Below are positions 1-8,716 of a stretch of 47,745 bases of DNA, piece by piece. Source of the stretch: an uncultured Candidatus Peribacteria bacterium (lineage in GTDB: Bacteria; Patescibacteriota; Gracilibacteria; UBA4473); assembly GCA_964468965.1 (NCBI GenBank), contig CAYXXA010000002.1, positions 1 through 47,745 of the forward strand. The letters run 5' to 3'. The position numbers and the translations under genes are program-made. Under the pieces are notes generated by a model. That model was not told the DNA's origin, did not search any database, and worked only from the letters and a program-made list of their open reading frames with translations. How positions within the stretch are numbered: position 1 is the first letter of the stretch; each line of letters opens with the position of its first letter.

Positions 1-423
1 ATGAAAACAACCACTCGAGCTTTGATCGTGCATCAAGATAAAATCCTCCTCGTCCAACATTACGGGAGTGATTTTTGGTCATTACCAGGAGGGAAAGTCG
101 AAGAAGGAGAAGACCTGAAAACCTGTCTTGTCCGTGAATTAAAAGAAGAACTCAATGCTGATGCCAAGATTGGTAAATTACGATTTATCAATGAATTTAA
201 ATACGACAAGAAGTCTAGCCCAACGGTAGAATTTTTCTTTGAAATCACTAATCCAAAAGCCTTTGAAATATTGATCATTGGCTCGCATACCAAAAAAGAA
301 CTTGCAAAAATTGAGTGGCGAAAAATTGAGGAAAAAATGAATCTGAAACCCGAATTCCTCGAATCAAAATTGAAAGGTATTGTAGAAAAAACCGCAGTAG
401 AGATTCCCTATTTTGGGGTATAA
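1..423 (+). CDS. Nudix (MutT-family) hydrolase; may be truncated by the window edge
   Basis: Nudix box GX5EX7REUXEEXGU is visible as GKVEEGEDLKTCLVRELKEELNA. The ORF starts at base 1. Confidence 0.8.
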   Translation: MKTTTRALIVHQDKILLVQHYGSDFWSLPGGKVEEGEDLKTCLVRELKEELNADAKIGKLRFINEFKYDKKSSPTVEFFFEITNPKAFEILIIGSHTKKELAKIEWRKIEEKMNLKPEFLESKLKGIVEKTAVEIPYFGV

Positions 424-541
424 AACTCAATTTAAATTCTCTTTTTATATCAAGAAAGGTTCCAAATATATTCCCCACAAAAGGAGTATACATTTATCCT
501 ATTTTCTTCTATTATACTCGCGAACCTAAAAACCCATAAAC

Positions 542-1777
542 ATGAAATGTGCTGTTATTGCGTTCCCTGGAAATAACTGTGAAATTGAGACCGCTCGAGC
601 CGCTACTCGTAACGGATTTGAAACTCAAATTTTTCGTTGGAATCAGATTGACGATTTCCAACAATTTTCACCAGATTTTGTCATTCTTCCCGGAGGTTTC
701 TCCTTTGAAGACCGTGGACGATCTGGCGTGTTGGCATCAAAAGAGCCTATTTTTGACGTACTTCGAATTATGGCAAAAAAAGGTACTATTATCCTAGGAA
801 TCTGTAATGGGGCTCAAATGATCGTTGAATCAGCTCTTATTCCAGCAGAAATCGCTCTTGCCAAAAATATCCGTAGAGATGAAACCGGTCACGTTTTGGG
901 GACAGGATTTTATAATGCGTGGGTTTATTTAAGTACCGAAAAAAGGGATTCGGTATTCACTCGGTTTTTAGATGAAAAACCACTTCATGTTCCTATGGCA
1001 CATGGAGAAGGTCGATTTGTTTCTCGGGACAAAGAGACGGAACGAGCTTTGAAAAGTGGTGAAATTGTCATCTTTCGCTATACCGATGAACAAGGTCACG
1101 TCTCTGATAAATTCCCCATCACGCCAAACGGTTCAGACTTTGCCACCGCTGCTATCGGAAACAAAGAAGGAACAATTATGGCTATTATGCCTCATCCAGA
1201 ACGTTTTTTTGATACCTTTGATGGCGATAAGATTTTTCAGTCAGTTTATAAATCTCTTGAAAAAGGAGAGCTACCAACAACCGTTGTCATTGGTGAGTTT
1301 GATAAATTAAAAAGTGTAAAAGTTAAAAAAATAGAACCTAAAAGGGCATTGTGGATTGAGAAAAAACTGATTATTACCGATAACGAAAACTTTTCAGTCC
1401 GTACTGCCGCACAGAATATCGTTGGACATAACCTAGACCTAGACAAAACAACACTATTCGAAATTACCACAAAAGATGGTTCTTCACTTGATAAAGAAAC
1501 CTTGATTCAGACGGGACTGATTCTTAATCCAAGTAAAGAGTTCGTTGTTGCCGATAATTTTGGTGAAAACAAAAAGGGACTTTTTGCTTCTGATTATGAA
1601 GATGATGAGGCTGACCATTTGGCGGAACAGCTATCTACACTTCTCGGAAAAGAAATACACGTCAAAATATACACGGGTTGGTACTTTGGAAAAGAAACCT
1701 CTGATGACACGATCGAAAAAATAATTAGCTCTCGACTCCTTGCAAATCCCAATTCCGCTAAACTTTTTAAAAGATAG
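542..1777 (+). CDS. purQ: FGAM synthase glutamine amidotransferase subunit PurQ, fused to two C-terminal PurS-like domains
   Basis: Class-I GATase motifs are present: LGICNGAQM (nucleophile Cys) and MPHPER (His/Glu). The ~145-aa C-terminal extension ends in a PurS-like ...LLANPNS... motif and looks like two PurS-type repeats. Confidence 0.85.
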   Translation: MKCAVIAFPGNNCEIETARAATRNGFETQIFRWNQIDDFQQFSPDFVILPGGFSFEDRGRSGVLASKEPIFDVLRIMAKKGTIILGICNGAQMIVESALIPAEIALAKNIRRDETGHVLGTGFYNAWVYLSTEKRDSVFTRFLDEKPLHVPMAHGEGRFVSRDKETERALKSGEIVIFRYTDEQGHVSDKFPITPNGSDFATAAIGNKEGTIMAIMPHPERFFDTFDGDKIFQSVYKSLEKGELPTTVVIGEFDKLKSVKVKKIEPKRALWIEKKLIITDNENFSVRTAAQNIVGHNLDLDKTTLFEITTKDGSSLDKETLIQTGLILNPSKEFVVADNFGENKKGLFASDYEDDEADHLAEQLSTLLGKEIHVKIYTGWYFGKETSDDTIEKIISSRLLANPNSAKLFKR

Positions 1778-2311
1778 ATGAAAACAGCACTTTCTACTAT
1801 TTCCGAAAAGGTAACCAAAAATTGGAAGTGGTTATTATTATTTTTATTTCTACCAAGTTTAAATGCTTGTACACCATCAGTTGGTCTTATTATTCCCTTC
1901 GCACTAGAAGTTAACAACCGAGATTTTTATACAGAAGTTCCTCACCTTATAGTTTTTTTAACTTTTACTTTACTGAATTTTGGGCTCTTTTTGTTTTTAG
2001 TAGAACGAATAAAAAAGTACTTCCAAAATCATATTATTCAATTACAGATAATTTTATGCTACTTTGCCTACGAATCCATAATCTCTGTATGGATGCTCCT
2101 CGACTATGAATGGTTCCACTGGCATGGTATTTTTGATGTTGATCGGTGGTTACCTTTTACACTAAATTATCAAATAGCAATGTTACCTATAAAATTGAAA
2201 ATTGATTCTTCTCCAATATTCCCATCCATAGGACAGATTATATGGCTTGCAACTATTTTTACCTTTTCCCTCTTTCTAGAAAAAATTATAAAACTCATAA
2301 CTCGTAAATAA
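1778..2311 (+). CDS. Hypothetical polytopic membrane protein or lipoprotein candidate
   Basis: The 177-aa ORF abuts the purQ stop (TAGATG) and the purH start (TAAATG). It has a hydrophobic N-terminus with a lipobox-like LNAC and several hydrophobic segments. No family was recognised. Confidence 0.5.
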   Translation: MKTALSTISEKVTKNWKWLLLFLFLPSLNACTPSVGLIIPFALEVNNRDFYTEVPHLIVFLTFTLLNFGLFLFLVERIKKYFQNHIIQLQIILCYFAYESIISVWMLLDYEWFHWHGIFDVDRWLPFTLNYQIAMLPIKLKIDSSPIFPSIGQIIWLATIFTFSLFLEKIIKLITRK

Positions 2312-3829
2312 ATGAAAACAGCACTTTTATCGGTATCGGACAAAACAGGTATTATTGAATTTGCACAGGGTTTGCAAAAACTCGGTTATCACATTCTATC
2401 AACGGGGGGAACATATAAAAAACTAGAGGGGAGCGTTAAAAACCTTCAGGAAGTTTCTGACTTCACGGGATTTCCAGAAGGGCTTGATGGACGGATAAAA
2501 ACGCTTACCCCTCAAATATTTGGCGGTATTCTCAATCTGAGAAACAATGAAAATCATCAAAAATTCTGTAATGCAAATGGTTTGCAAAACATCGATATTG
2601 TCTGTGTAAACCTCTATCCGTTCAAATCCACCTATGAAGATTCAACAAAATCTTTTGCAGATAAAGTTGAAAATATTGATATTGGAGGACCTTCAATGAT
2701 TCGAGCGGCAGCCAAAAACTATGAATACTGCCTACCAGTCGTTGATCCAAGTGATTATGCAAATATATTGCAAAAACTCGAAAGTGAGGGAGATTTGGAT
2801 ATCCCCTTTCGAAAAGAGTTGGCGACAAAGGTTTTTGAGATGACGGCTCACTATGATTTACTTATTGCGAAGTTTTGGGCGGAAGAAACCAAAACCACTG
2901 AAGAAAAAGGGCAACTCCGATACGGAGAAAATCCACACCAAACAGCGGTTACCCTCATTGACCCATTTGCTTCTGGGCCACTCCTTGTTGGAGCGAAGCA
3001 ATTGAATGGAAAACCGCTTTCTTATAATAACTTTGGCGATTCAGCTGGTGCTTTGGAACTGGCATTATCTTTTGACTCAAAGGATGGAGCTTTTGCTACC
3101 ATTATTAAGCACGCCACGCCTTGTGGTGCGGCTATTGGAGATACTATTTCCGAGGCCTTCAATCGAGCCTACGAGGCCGATCCACTTTCCGCCTTCGGTG
3201 GTGTAATCGCACTAAACCAAACCTGTGATAAAGCTACCGCCGAAAAGATAACCAGTTTCTTCAACGAAATTGTCATGGCTCCTGCTTATGAGGATGAGGC
3301 TCTTGCCATTTTAAAGACAAAGAAAAACCTCAGAGTTTTAGAAATTCCGAACTTCTACGACGGACAAACTCGAGAGATGGTTCTTAAAAAAGTACGAGGT
3401 GGTACTCTCGCTCAAGAACTTGATATCGAGCTTCCTGATTTTGATAATCTGGAAATACCAACCAAAAAACAACCAACCGAAGCTGAAAAAATAGACCTTG
3501 AAATTGCCTGGAAAATTGTAAAAATTGTAAAATCGAATGCGATTGTCGTCGTCAAAGACGGCATCATGATCGGAAAAGGTGGTGGACAAACTTCTCGTGT
3601 CGAAGCGATGGACATTGCTCTCACTCACGCAGGTAAAAATGCAAAAGGAGCAGTGATTGCCTCAGATGCCTTCTTTCCTTTCCCCGATAGTGTCGAATCA
3701 GCGGGATCAGCAGGGATTACAGCCATCATTCAGCCTGGTGGCTCAAAAGGCGACCAAGGGGTTTTTGATAAATGTGATGAATTAGGAATTGCTACCGTAT
3801 TGACAAAAATGAGAAGTTTCTTACATTGA
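2312..3829 (+). CDS. purH: Bifunctional AICAR transformylase / IMP cyclohydrolase
   Basis: N-terminal MGS-like domain (ALLSVSDKTGI...STGGT), GGPSMIRAAAKN, and the C-terminal AICARFT region (...ASDAFFPF...IIQPGGS). Confidence 0.95.
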   Translation: MKTALLSVSDKTGIIEFAQGLQKLGYHILSTGGTYKKLEGSVKNLQEVSDFTGFPEGLDGRIKTLTPQIFGGILNLRNNENHQKFCNANGLQNIDIVCVNLYPFKSTYEDSTKSFADKVENIDIGGPSMIRAAAKNYEYCLPVVDPSDYANILQKLESEGDLDIPFRKELATKVFEMTAHYDLLIAKFWAEETKTTEEKGQLRYGENPHQTAVTLIDPFASGPLLVGAKQLNGKPLSYNNFGDSAGALELALSFDSKDGAFATIIKHATPCGAAIGDTISEAFNRAYEADPLSAFGGVIALNQTCDKATAEKITSFFNEIVMAPAYEDEALAILKTKKNLRVLEIPNFYDGQTREMVLKKVRGGTLAQELDIELPDFDNLEIPTKKQPTEAEKIDLEIAWKIVKIVKSNAIVVVKDGIMIGKGGGQTSRVEAMDIALTHAGKNAKGAVIASDAFFPFPDSVESAGSAGITAIIQPGGSKGDQGVFDKCDELGIATVLTKMRSFLH

Positions 3830-3833
3830 TAGT

Positions 3834-4022
3834 ATGAAGTCAATTAAAAAAGTTATTAGAGTCCCGCTAAACCGCCAAAGTCATGAGTCATCTCTTCTCA
3901 ATCCCGATCTCGAAAAGATACGAGCTGCTGCCGTGAAATCTACCAAATTCGCACGTAATATTTATTCCTATGCTAGAGCTGTTTTAGCAAAAGCGGAAAA
4001 GACTGTTAATAAAAATCAGTAA
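3834..4022 (+). CDS. Hypothetical small basic protein (62 aa)
   Basis: The ORF is tightly packed 4 nt after the purH stop. No recognisable motif. Confidence 0.35.
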   Translation: MKSIKKVIRVPLNRQSHESSLLNPDLEKIRAAAVKSTKFARNIYSYARAVLAKAEKTVNKNQ

Positions 4023-4024
4023 GT

Positions 4025-4165
4025 ATGGAGCATGAAAATTTAGATAAGCTCAGTGCTAAAGTAAAAAAACTTAAATTTGATGATAAAAATACCCAAGAAA
4101 TATTTAAAAGTGCTTGGTATCCTTTCGGTTGGCAACTTGATATTCTAATTACGAAATGCGAATAA
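4025..4165 (+). CDS. Hypothetical small protein (46 aa, MEHENLDKLSAKVKK...)
   Basis: Hand-translated ORF, below the track's length cutoff. It starts 2 nt after the previous stop, and its stop overlaps the ATG of the next gene, consistent with translational coupling. Confidence 0.25.
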   Translation: MEHENLDKLSAKVKKLKFDDKNTQEIFKSAWYPFGWQLDILITKCE

Positions 4166-4677
4166 TCTTCATTCCCGGTATCAAAACCTATAATTTTTAT
4201 CTCAATGGATGGCGAAAGGATTTGGCGACACAATTCCCAAAGGCTGAGGTTATTTTTTTAAACGATGAGTTTTATATGTGGTGGCAGATGGAAAAATTAG
4301 AAAAAATTATATCCAAAGCCCTTAACATTCTCAAGGATGGAACACCAACCATAATCATTGCTCATAGCTTTGGGGGCATCTTAGCAAAGACCATCATTGG
4401 TCGATCTCCTAAAGCAAATATCACAAAATTAACAACAATGGCTTCCCCTCACACAATGAGCCCGTTGGGAATCAAGAAAATAAAACACAAGTTAAATACA
4501 CCTATGACGGTTAATGTTCCAAGTTATACCTTTGGTGGCTACTTTGATCCCATTGTTCCTTACCGATACACCATGCTCTCAAATTCAAAACACCAAAATC
4601 TTTGGTGCGAACACTTGGGATTTTTGTTGTTTCCGTGGATTCGTCGAAAAGTTACAAAGGAGGTTCTTAAAAACTAA
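4156..4677 (+). CDS. Alpha/beta-hydrolase-fold protein (lipase/esterase-like)
   Basis: Nucleophile-elbow motif IIIAHSFGGILA (A/G-x-S-x-G) sits in a ~170-aa protein with alpha/beta-like segment spacing. Confidence 0.6.
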   Translation: MRIIFIPGIKTYNFYLNGWRKDLATQFPKAEVIFLNDEFYMWWQMEKLEKIISKALNILKDGTPTIIIAHSFGGILAKTIIGRSPKANITKLTTMASPHTMSPLGIKKIKHKLNTPMTVNVPSYTFGGYFDPIVPYRYTMLSNSKHQNLWCEHLGFLLFPWIRRKVTKEVLKN

Positions 4678-5173
4678 CGTTTACTTCATCCCCGATAATA
4701 CCTGGGAATGCATTAGCGTTCACTTCCAAAACATACTTCGCTTTCCCATCAGGCGTATAGAATGGACAATTTTTTGTTTCTACTTCCTCACAAGGTGGAA
4801 CGGTTTTGATATCAACAACTTTGAAGTCTTCTGAAATCCACACAATATCCAGAGGAAAGCTTACATTTGGCATCCAAAAATCATACGCTTTCGATTGAGG
4901 AAAGACAAAAAACATTCCGTTGTTCTCCGCTAGTGATGTTCGATACATCAACCCCTGTTTCCGTGTTTTATAGGTATCGGCTACTTCAATATTGAAGGTC
5001 TTTCCGTTTACCGTTAAAGTTGGAGTACTAATATCTTTTACTGTTGACTCTTGTCGAATCGGTGTTGGTAACGAATTATCGGTCAACCGATGTCCCCATA
5101 CCCAATAAAGTAAAAAACCTGCTCCGATAAGTAGCAAAACGGGCCAAAGAAATCGAAAAATAGAACGAATCAT
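4667..5173 (-). CDS. DUF192 (COG1430) family protein with an N-terminal membrane anchor
   Basis: ...NNGMFFVFPQSKAYDFWMPNVSFPLDIVWISEDFKVVDI... matches the DUF192 pattern. I chose the ATG at 5173 (MIRSIFRFLWPVLLL), because the track's TTG start at 5257 would overlap the divergent helicase gene. Confidence 0.7.
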   Translation of the reverse strand: MIRSIFRFLWPVLLLIGAGFLLYWVWGHRLTDNSLPTPIRQESTVKDISTPTLTVNGKTFNIEVADTYKTRKQGLMYRTSLAENNGMFFVFPQSKAYDFWMPNVSFPLDIVWISEDFKVVDIKTVPPCEEVETKNCPFYTPDGKAKYVLEVNANAFPGIIGDEVNVSF

Positions 5174-5246
5174 CGTTGACAAAATACCATATAATATCTT
5201 CTGTGCAAGTTGAAGTTTTAAAATCTTTACGTAGTATATAAGCCAA

Positions 5247-8200
5247 ATGCATTCCAACTATCTCACCCGACTCAACCCCCAACAACGCCAAGCCGTAGAA
5301 CAAATCTACGGACCTGTTCTCGTTATGGCAGGCCCCGGAACGGGAAAAACCCATATGCTAACGGCCCGAATTGCTCATATCTTGAGTACTGATGTCGGAT
5401 GTGAAGCGGAAAATATTTTGTGCCTTACCTTTACCGAAAGTGCCGCAGTAGAAATGCGGAATCGTCTACAAACCTGGATTGGACCAACCGCGTATCGAGT
5501 AAAAATTGCCACCTTTCATGGATTCTGTCAGTGGGTTATGGATCAATATCCCTCCATTTTTCAACCAAAAATTGGTATACGAGAAGTTGCGGATGATTTG
5601 GTTTCAGCCTTGGCTTATCGCACTGTTATAACTTCAAAAAAGTGGGAATACTTTTCTAATGTCTGGGATGATTTCATGCACCAACGAGATGTACTTGGGG
5701 CCATTGGAAGTTGTAAACGAGAACACCTCACCCCTGAAAAACTACGCACAATGATTCCTGATGAAAAAACACGATTAGAGGCAGATCCCAGTAATTTTTA
5801 TAAACGGAAGTTTCGTGAGTTTCAAGCAGGAGACTGGAAGCCTCAGGCTAAACAGAAAATAGCTGACAAAATCGCTAAGATGTATGAATTTACCGATCTT
5901 TGGGAAGCTTACGAATCAGAGTTAGCAAATCGTGGTTATTACGATTTTAATGATATGATTAACTGGGTCGTCGGTGAGGTTGAAGATAATGAAATTCTTC
6001 GTCTTGATCTACAAGAGCGATTTCAGTGGATTATGGTTGATGAATATCAAGATACCAATAATGCACAAAATGCTATTCTCTGGCAGCTCACTGAAGGCAT
6101 CGAAGAGGCTAATATTTTTGCCGTGGGAGATGATGACCAGTCGATTTATCGTTTTCAAGGAGCGAGTATTGCTAATATTCGAGATTTCCGAAACCGTTTT
6201 CCTAAAAGACTGGAAGTAGTATTGGAAAACAACTATCGATCACATCAGCATATTTTGGATACCGCTTATGCGAGTGTTTCACGAAATTCACACCGTGCCA
6301 ATGTGGACAAAAAACTCATTGCGCAAGCGGAAGGATTGTCGGGAAAAATAACTCGTGCCACTTTTGGTTCACGATACGGAGAGATAAATTTTTTGGCTAA
6401 AACCATTCTTGAAAAAATAAATAATGGTACTCCCGCCCACGAAATAGCGGTTCTTGTCCGTAAAAATAAAGAGATTGAAGAACTCGCTCGAGAACTACCA
6501 AAATTTGGTGTTCCGGTTTCCGCGCAAATTGCTCAAAATATTTTTGAAAATGAAACCGTTCGACAGCTTATACTGATGCTAGAAATATTTTCGGATGTGA
6601 AGCATGACGAATCTTTTTTTGACCTTTTACATTCCGATTTTCTTGATATTGATCCCAATATACTGCTGAAGCTTTCCCTCGAGCGATACAAAGAACGAAG
6701 CTCTATTATTGAACGACTTCTAGAACCAGAATTCGCAACATCCCCCATTAACGATTTTATCACCTTTTTCCTTAAAGCCCGAAAAAACCTTTATCACTGT
6801 CGCCCTGCTGTTTTAGCGGAAAAAATGCTTTATGAATCTGGGCTTGCGGACTTTCTCACTCGTGAAAATAGAATTGAGGATTGGCAAAATATACGAAAAT
6901 TCATTGATTGGATTCGAACTCAAAATCTAGAGAACTTAAAAGACCTACTAGACCAAATAACACTTCACCGTGACCTTAGCATTACCATTCGTCCCGACCC
7001 ACTCCCTGCTGACAAAAAATCCGTCCAGATCATGACCGCACATAAATCAAAAGGAATGGAGTTTCAGATTGTATTTTTACCGGGTTTGGTGGATAAAACG
7101 TGGGGGAATACAAGAAACTTTGGTGGGATACCACTTCCCCAAATTACGAATTACAAATTACAAACTACGAGTGGGGGAGCAATGCTAACCAACGAAAACC
7201 CCAAACTAAAAACGGATAAAACTAAAGTTGAAAGTGATGATAATGAGGAGGAACGACGGATCTTTTTTGTCGCCCTAACTCGAGCCAAATCAGAAATATT
7301 TCTTTCCTACGCTGAAACCGATTTCACGGGACGAGCCAAAAGTCCATCACAATTTTGGCACGAAGTCCCTGACGCCTTGATGACCGATCTGACTGGAGAA
7401 ATGTTAGAAGAAGATTTACAAAAACTACTTCCCGTATTTTTCAAACACCAAGAAAAAACCCTGACCAAAGGGGAACGAGAAGTACTAGAACCACGTATTA
7501 AAAACTTTGTCTGGTCTGCCTCAAGTCTTCAAACATTCTTGGATTGTCCTCGCCGATTTTTGTACCAAAACTTGTACAAGTTTCCACGACGCCCACAAGC
7601 TCCATTGGCTCTCGGCGTGGCCTTACACGAGGCTCTAGAACGGTTTCTCAAACAGTCTAAATCCATGGAGCAGTTTGGGACAAAAGAAGAGTTAAAACAC
7701 CTATACCAACATGCTCTTCTAGGTCAACCTCTCCCCAAGAGTGATTTTGAAAAATTACTTGAACACGGACAAAAAATATTGGAAGACTACTACGATCAAA
7801 AAATTATAAATTTTGGAGAACAGTATCCATTTGGATATGAGTTAGAGTATAATTTTCGCCCACTCAACCCTCATATTGAGGATATTGCGATTACAGGAAA
7901 ATTGGATAAAGTTGAGTTTCTAGACGAACAACAGCAATCGGTGAAAATTATTGATTATAAATCTGGAAAACCTCGAGCTATTAAAAAAGGAGAGGCCTAT
8001 TGGCGACAACTTGTCTTTTATGACCTTTTGGTTCGACAGGCAAAAGGACTCAACTGGAAGGTTGAAGAATGTGCCATTGAATTCCTTACGTCTGGCAGTA
8101 ATGGGAAAATTGGGGAACGGTCACTTATTATTAGTGAAGATGATCGACGGCAGGTTATCGACGAACTCAAAGCCTGTCACGAAAAACTACAAAACCTTGA

Positions 8201-8267
8201 GTTCCCACTTGTACCAAACCCTGAAGGTGATCGTGATATTGATTTTTGGCAAAATTTCGGACGTTAG
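5247..8267 (+). CDS. UvrD/PcrA/AddA-type SF1 helicase fused to a C-terminal PD-(D/E)XK (RecB/Cas4-like) nuclease
   Basis: Walker A GPGTGKTH, DEYQDTN (motif II), VALTRAK (motif VI). The C-terminal nuclease motifs are GKLDKV...IIDYKSGK...QLVFYDLL. Confidence 0.85.
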   Translation: MHSNYLTRLNPQQRQAVEQIYGPVLVMAGPGTGKTHMLTARIAHILSTDVGCEAENILCLTFTESAAVEMRNRLQTWIGPTAYRVKIATFHGFCQWVMDQYPSIFQPKIGIREVADDLVSALAYRTVITSKKWEYFSNVWDDFMHQRDVLGAIGSCKREHLTPEKLRTMIPDEKTRLEADPSNFYKRKFREFQAGDWKPQAKQKIADKIAKMYEFTDLWEAYESELANRGYYDFNDMINWVVGEVEDNEILRLDLQERFQWIMVDEYQDTNNAQNAILWQLTEGIEEANIFAVGDDDQSIYRFQGASIANIRDFRNRFPKRLEVVLENNYRSHQHILDTAYASVSRNSHRANVDKKLIAQAEGLSGKITRATFGSRYGEINFLAKTILEKINNGTPAHEIAVLVRKNKEIEELARELPKFGVPVSAQIAQNIFENETVRQLILMLEIFSDVKHDESFFDLLHSDFLDIDPNILLKLSLERYKERSSIIERLLEPEFATSPINDFITFFLKARKNLYHCRPAVLAEKMLYESGLADFLTRENRIEDWQNIRKFIDWIRTQNLENLKDLLDQITLHRDLSITIRPDPLPADKKSVQIMTAHKSKGMEFQIVFLPGLVDKTWGNTRNFGGIPLPQITNYKLQTTSGGAMLTNENPKLKTDKTKVESDDNEEERRIFFVALTRAKSEIFLSYAETDFTGRAKSPSQFWHEVPDALMTDLTGEMLEEDLQKLLPVFFKHQEKTLTKGEREVLEPRIKNFVWSASSLQTFLDCPRRFLYQNLYKFPRRPQAPLALGVALHEALERFLKQSKSMEQFGTKEELKHLYQHALLGQPLPKSDFEKLLEHGQKILEDYYDQKIINFGEQYPFGYELEYNFRPLNPHIEDIAITGKLDKVEFLDEQQQSVKIIDYKSGKPRAIKKGEAYWRQLVFYDLLVRQAKGLNWKVEECAIEFLTSGSNGKIGERSLIISEDDRRQVIDELKACHEKLQNLEFPLVPNPEGDRDIDFWQNFGR

Positions 8268-8339
8268 TTATCAACCTTCCGTTGTAAATATCGGTTTTTG
8301 AGGATTTTTTATGTTAATGGCTGTTACAATTTCTTTATA

Positions 8340-8516
8340 CTAGGTATTTATATTTATATTTTCTGAATTTTTACAGGTTTCCATTACAGAACAAATAAAA
8401 AGAGTATTTTCTTTAACATATTCTGGTACACTATCCGTTTCATGTTCCTGATGAATTCTCTCAAGAACCATTTCAAATAACTCTTGCTCTAATTCCGAGA
8501 GTTCTTTGCTCTCCAT
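8340..8516 (-). CDS. Hypothetical small acidic protein (58 aa, MESKELSELEQELFEMV...)
   Basis: Hand-translated ORF in an otherwise empty 449-bp AT-rich gap. TATAAT-like hexamers lie upstream on the minus strand. There is no homology evidence. Confidence 0.2.
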   Translation of the reverse strand: MESKELSELEQELFEMVLERIHQEHETDSVPEYVKENTLFICSVMETCKNSENININT

Positions 8517-8716
8517 CTTTTTATTATAGACTAATATTGTAATTTTACAAGTATTATAGAGTAAATATTTTATCTAAATGACTTACTCTATCCCTATTTT
8601 TGATCCTCAAAAGATTACATCTACCACTTTCGTTAATCATATTACGCCTATATCTAGAAGAGGGATTTCGACACCACTAAAATACAAGTGGAAAACTGTA
8701 TACTGAAACTGAAGCA

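Noticed and set aside
424-541. I looked for cis-regulatory RNAs. These were a purine riboswitch upstream of purQ and guaB (12252-12345), T-box leaders upstream of tyrS (27695-27831) and metG, and a glmS ribozyme upstream of glmS (45146-45202).
   Set aside because: The leaders are 57-137 nt, AT-rich and lack the conserved cores. I saw no purine-riboswitch junction motifs, no T-box AGGGUGGNACCGCG-type sequence and no room for a ~170-nt glmS ribozyme.
3827-3832. The tandem in-frame stops TGA-TAG at the end of purH, considered as a hint of stop-codon read-through or recoding.
   Set aside because: Tandem stops are common and expected by chance in AT-rich genomes. No downstream in-frame coding potential exists.
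4514-4834. A 106-aa plus-strand ORF that extends past the hydrolase gene.
   Set aside because: It is out of frame with the hydrolase and antisense to the DUF192 gene, which has clear family motifs. It shows no motif of its own.
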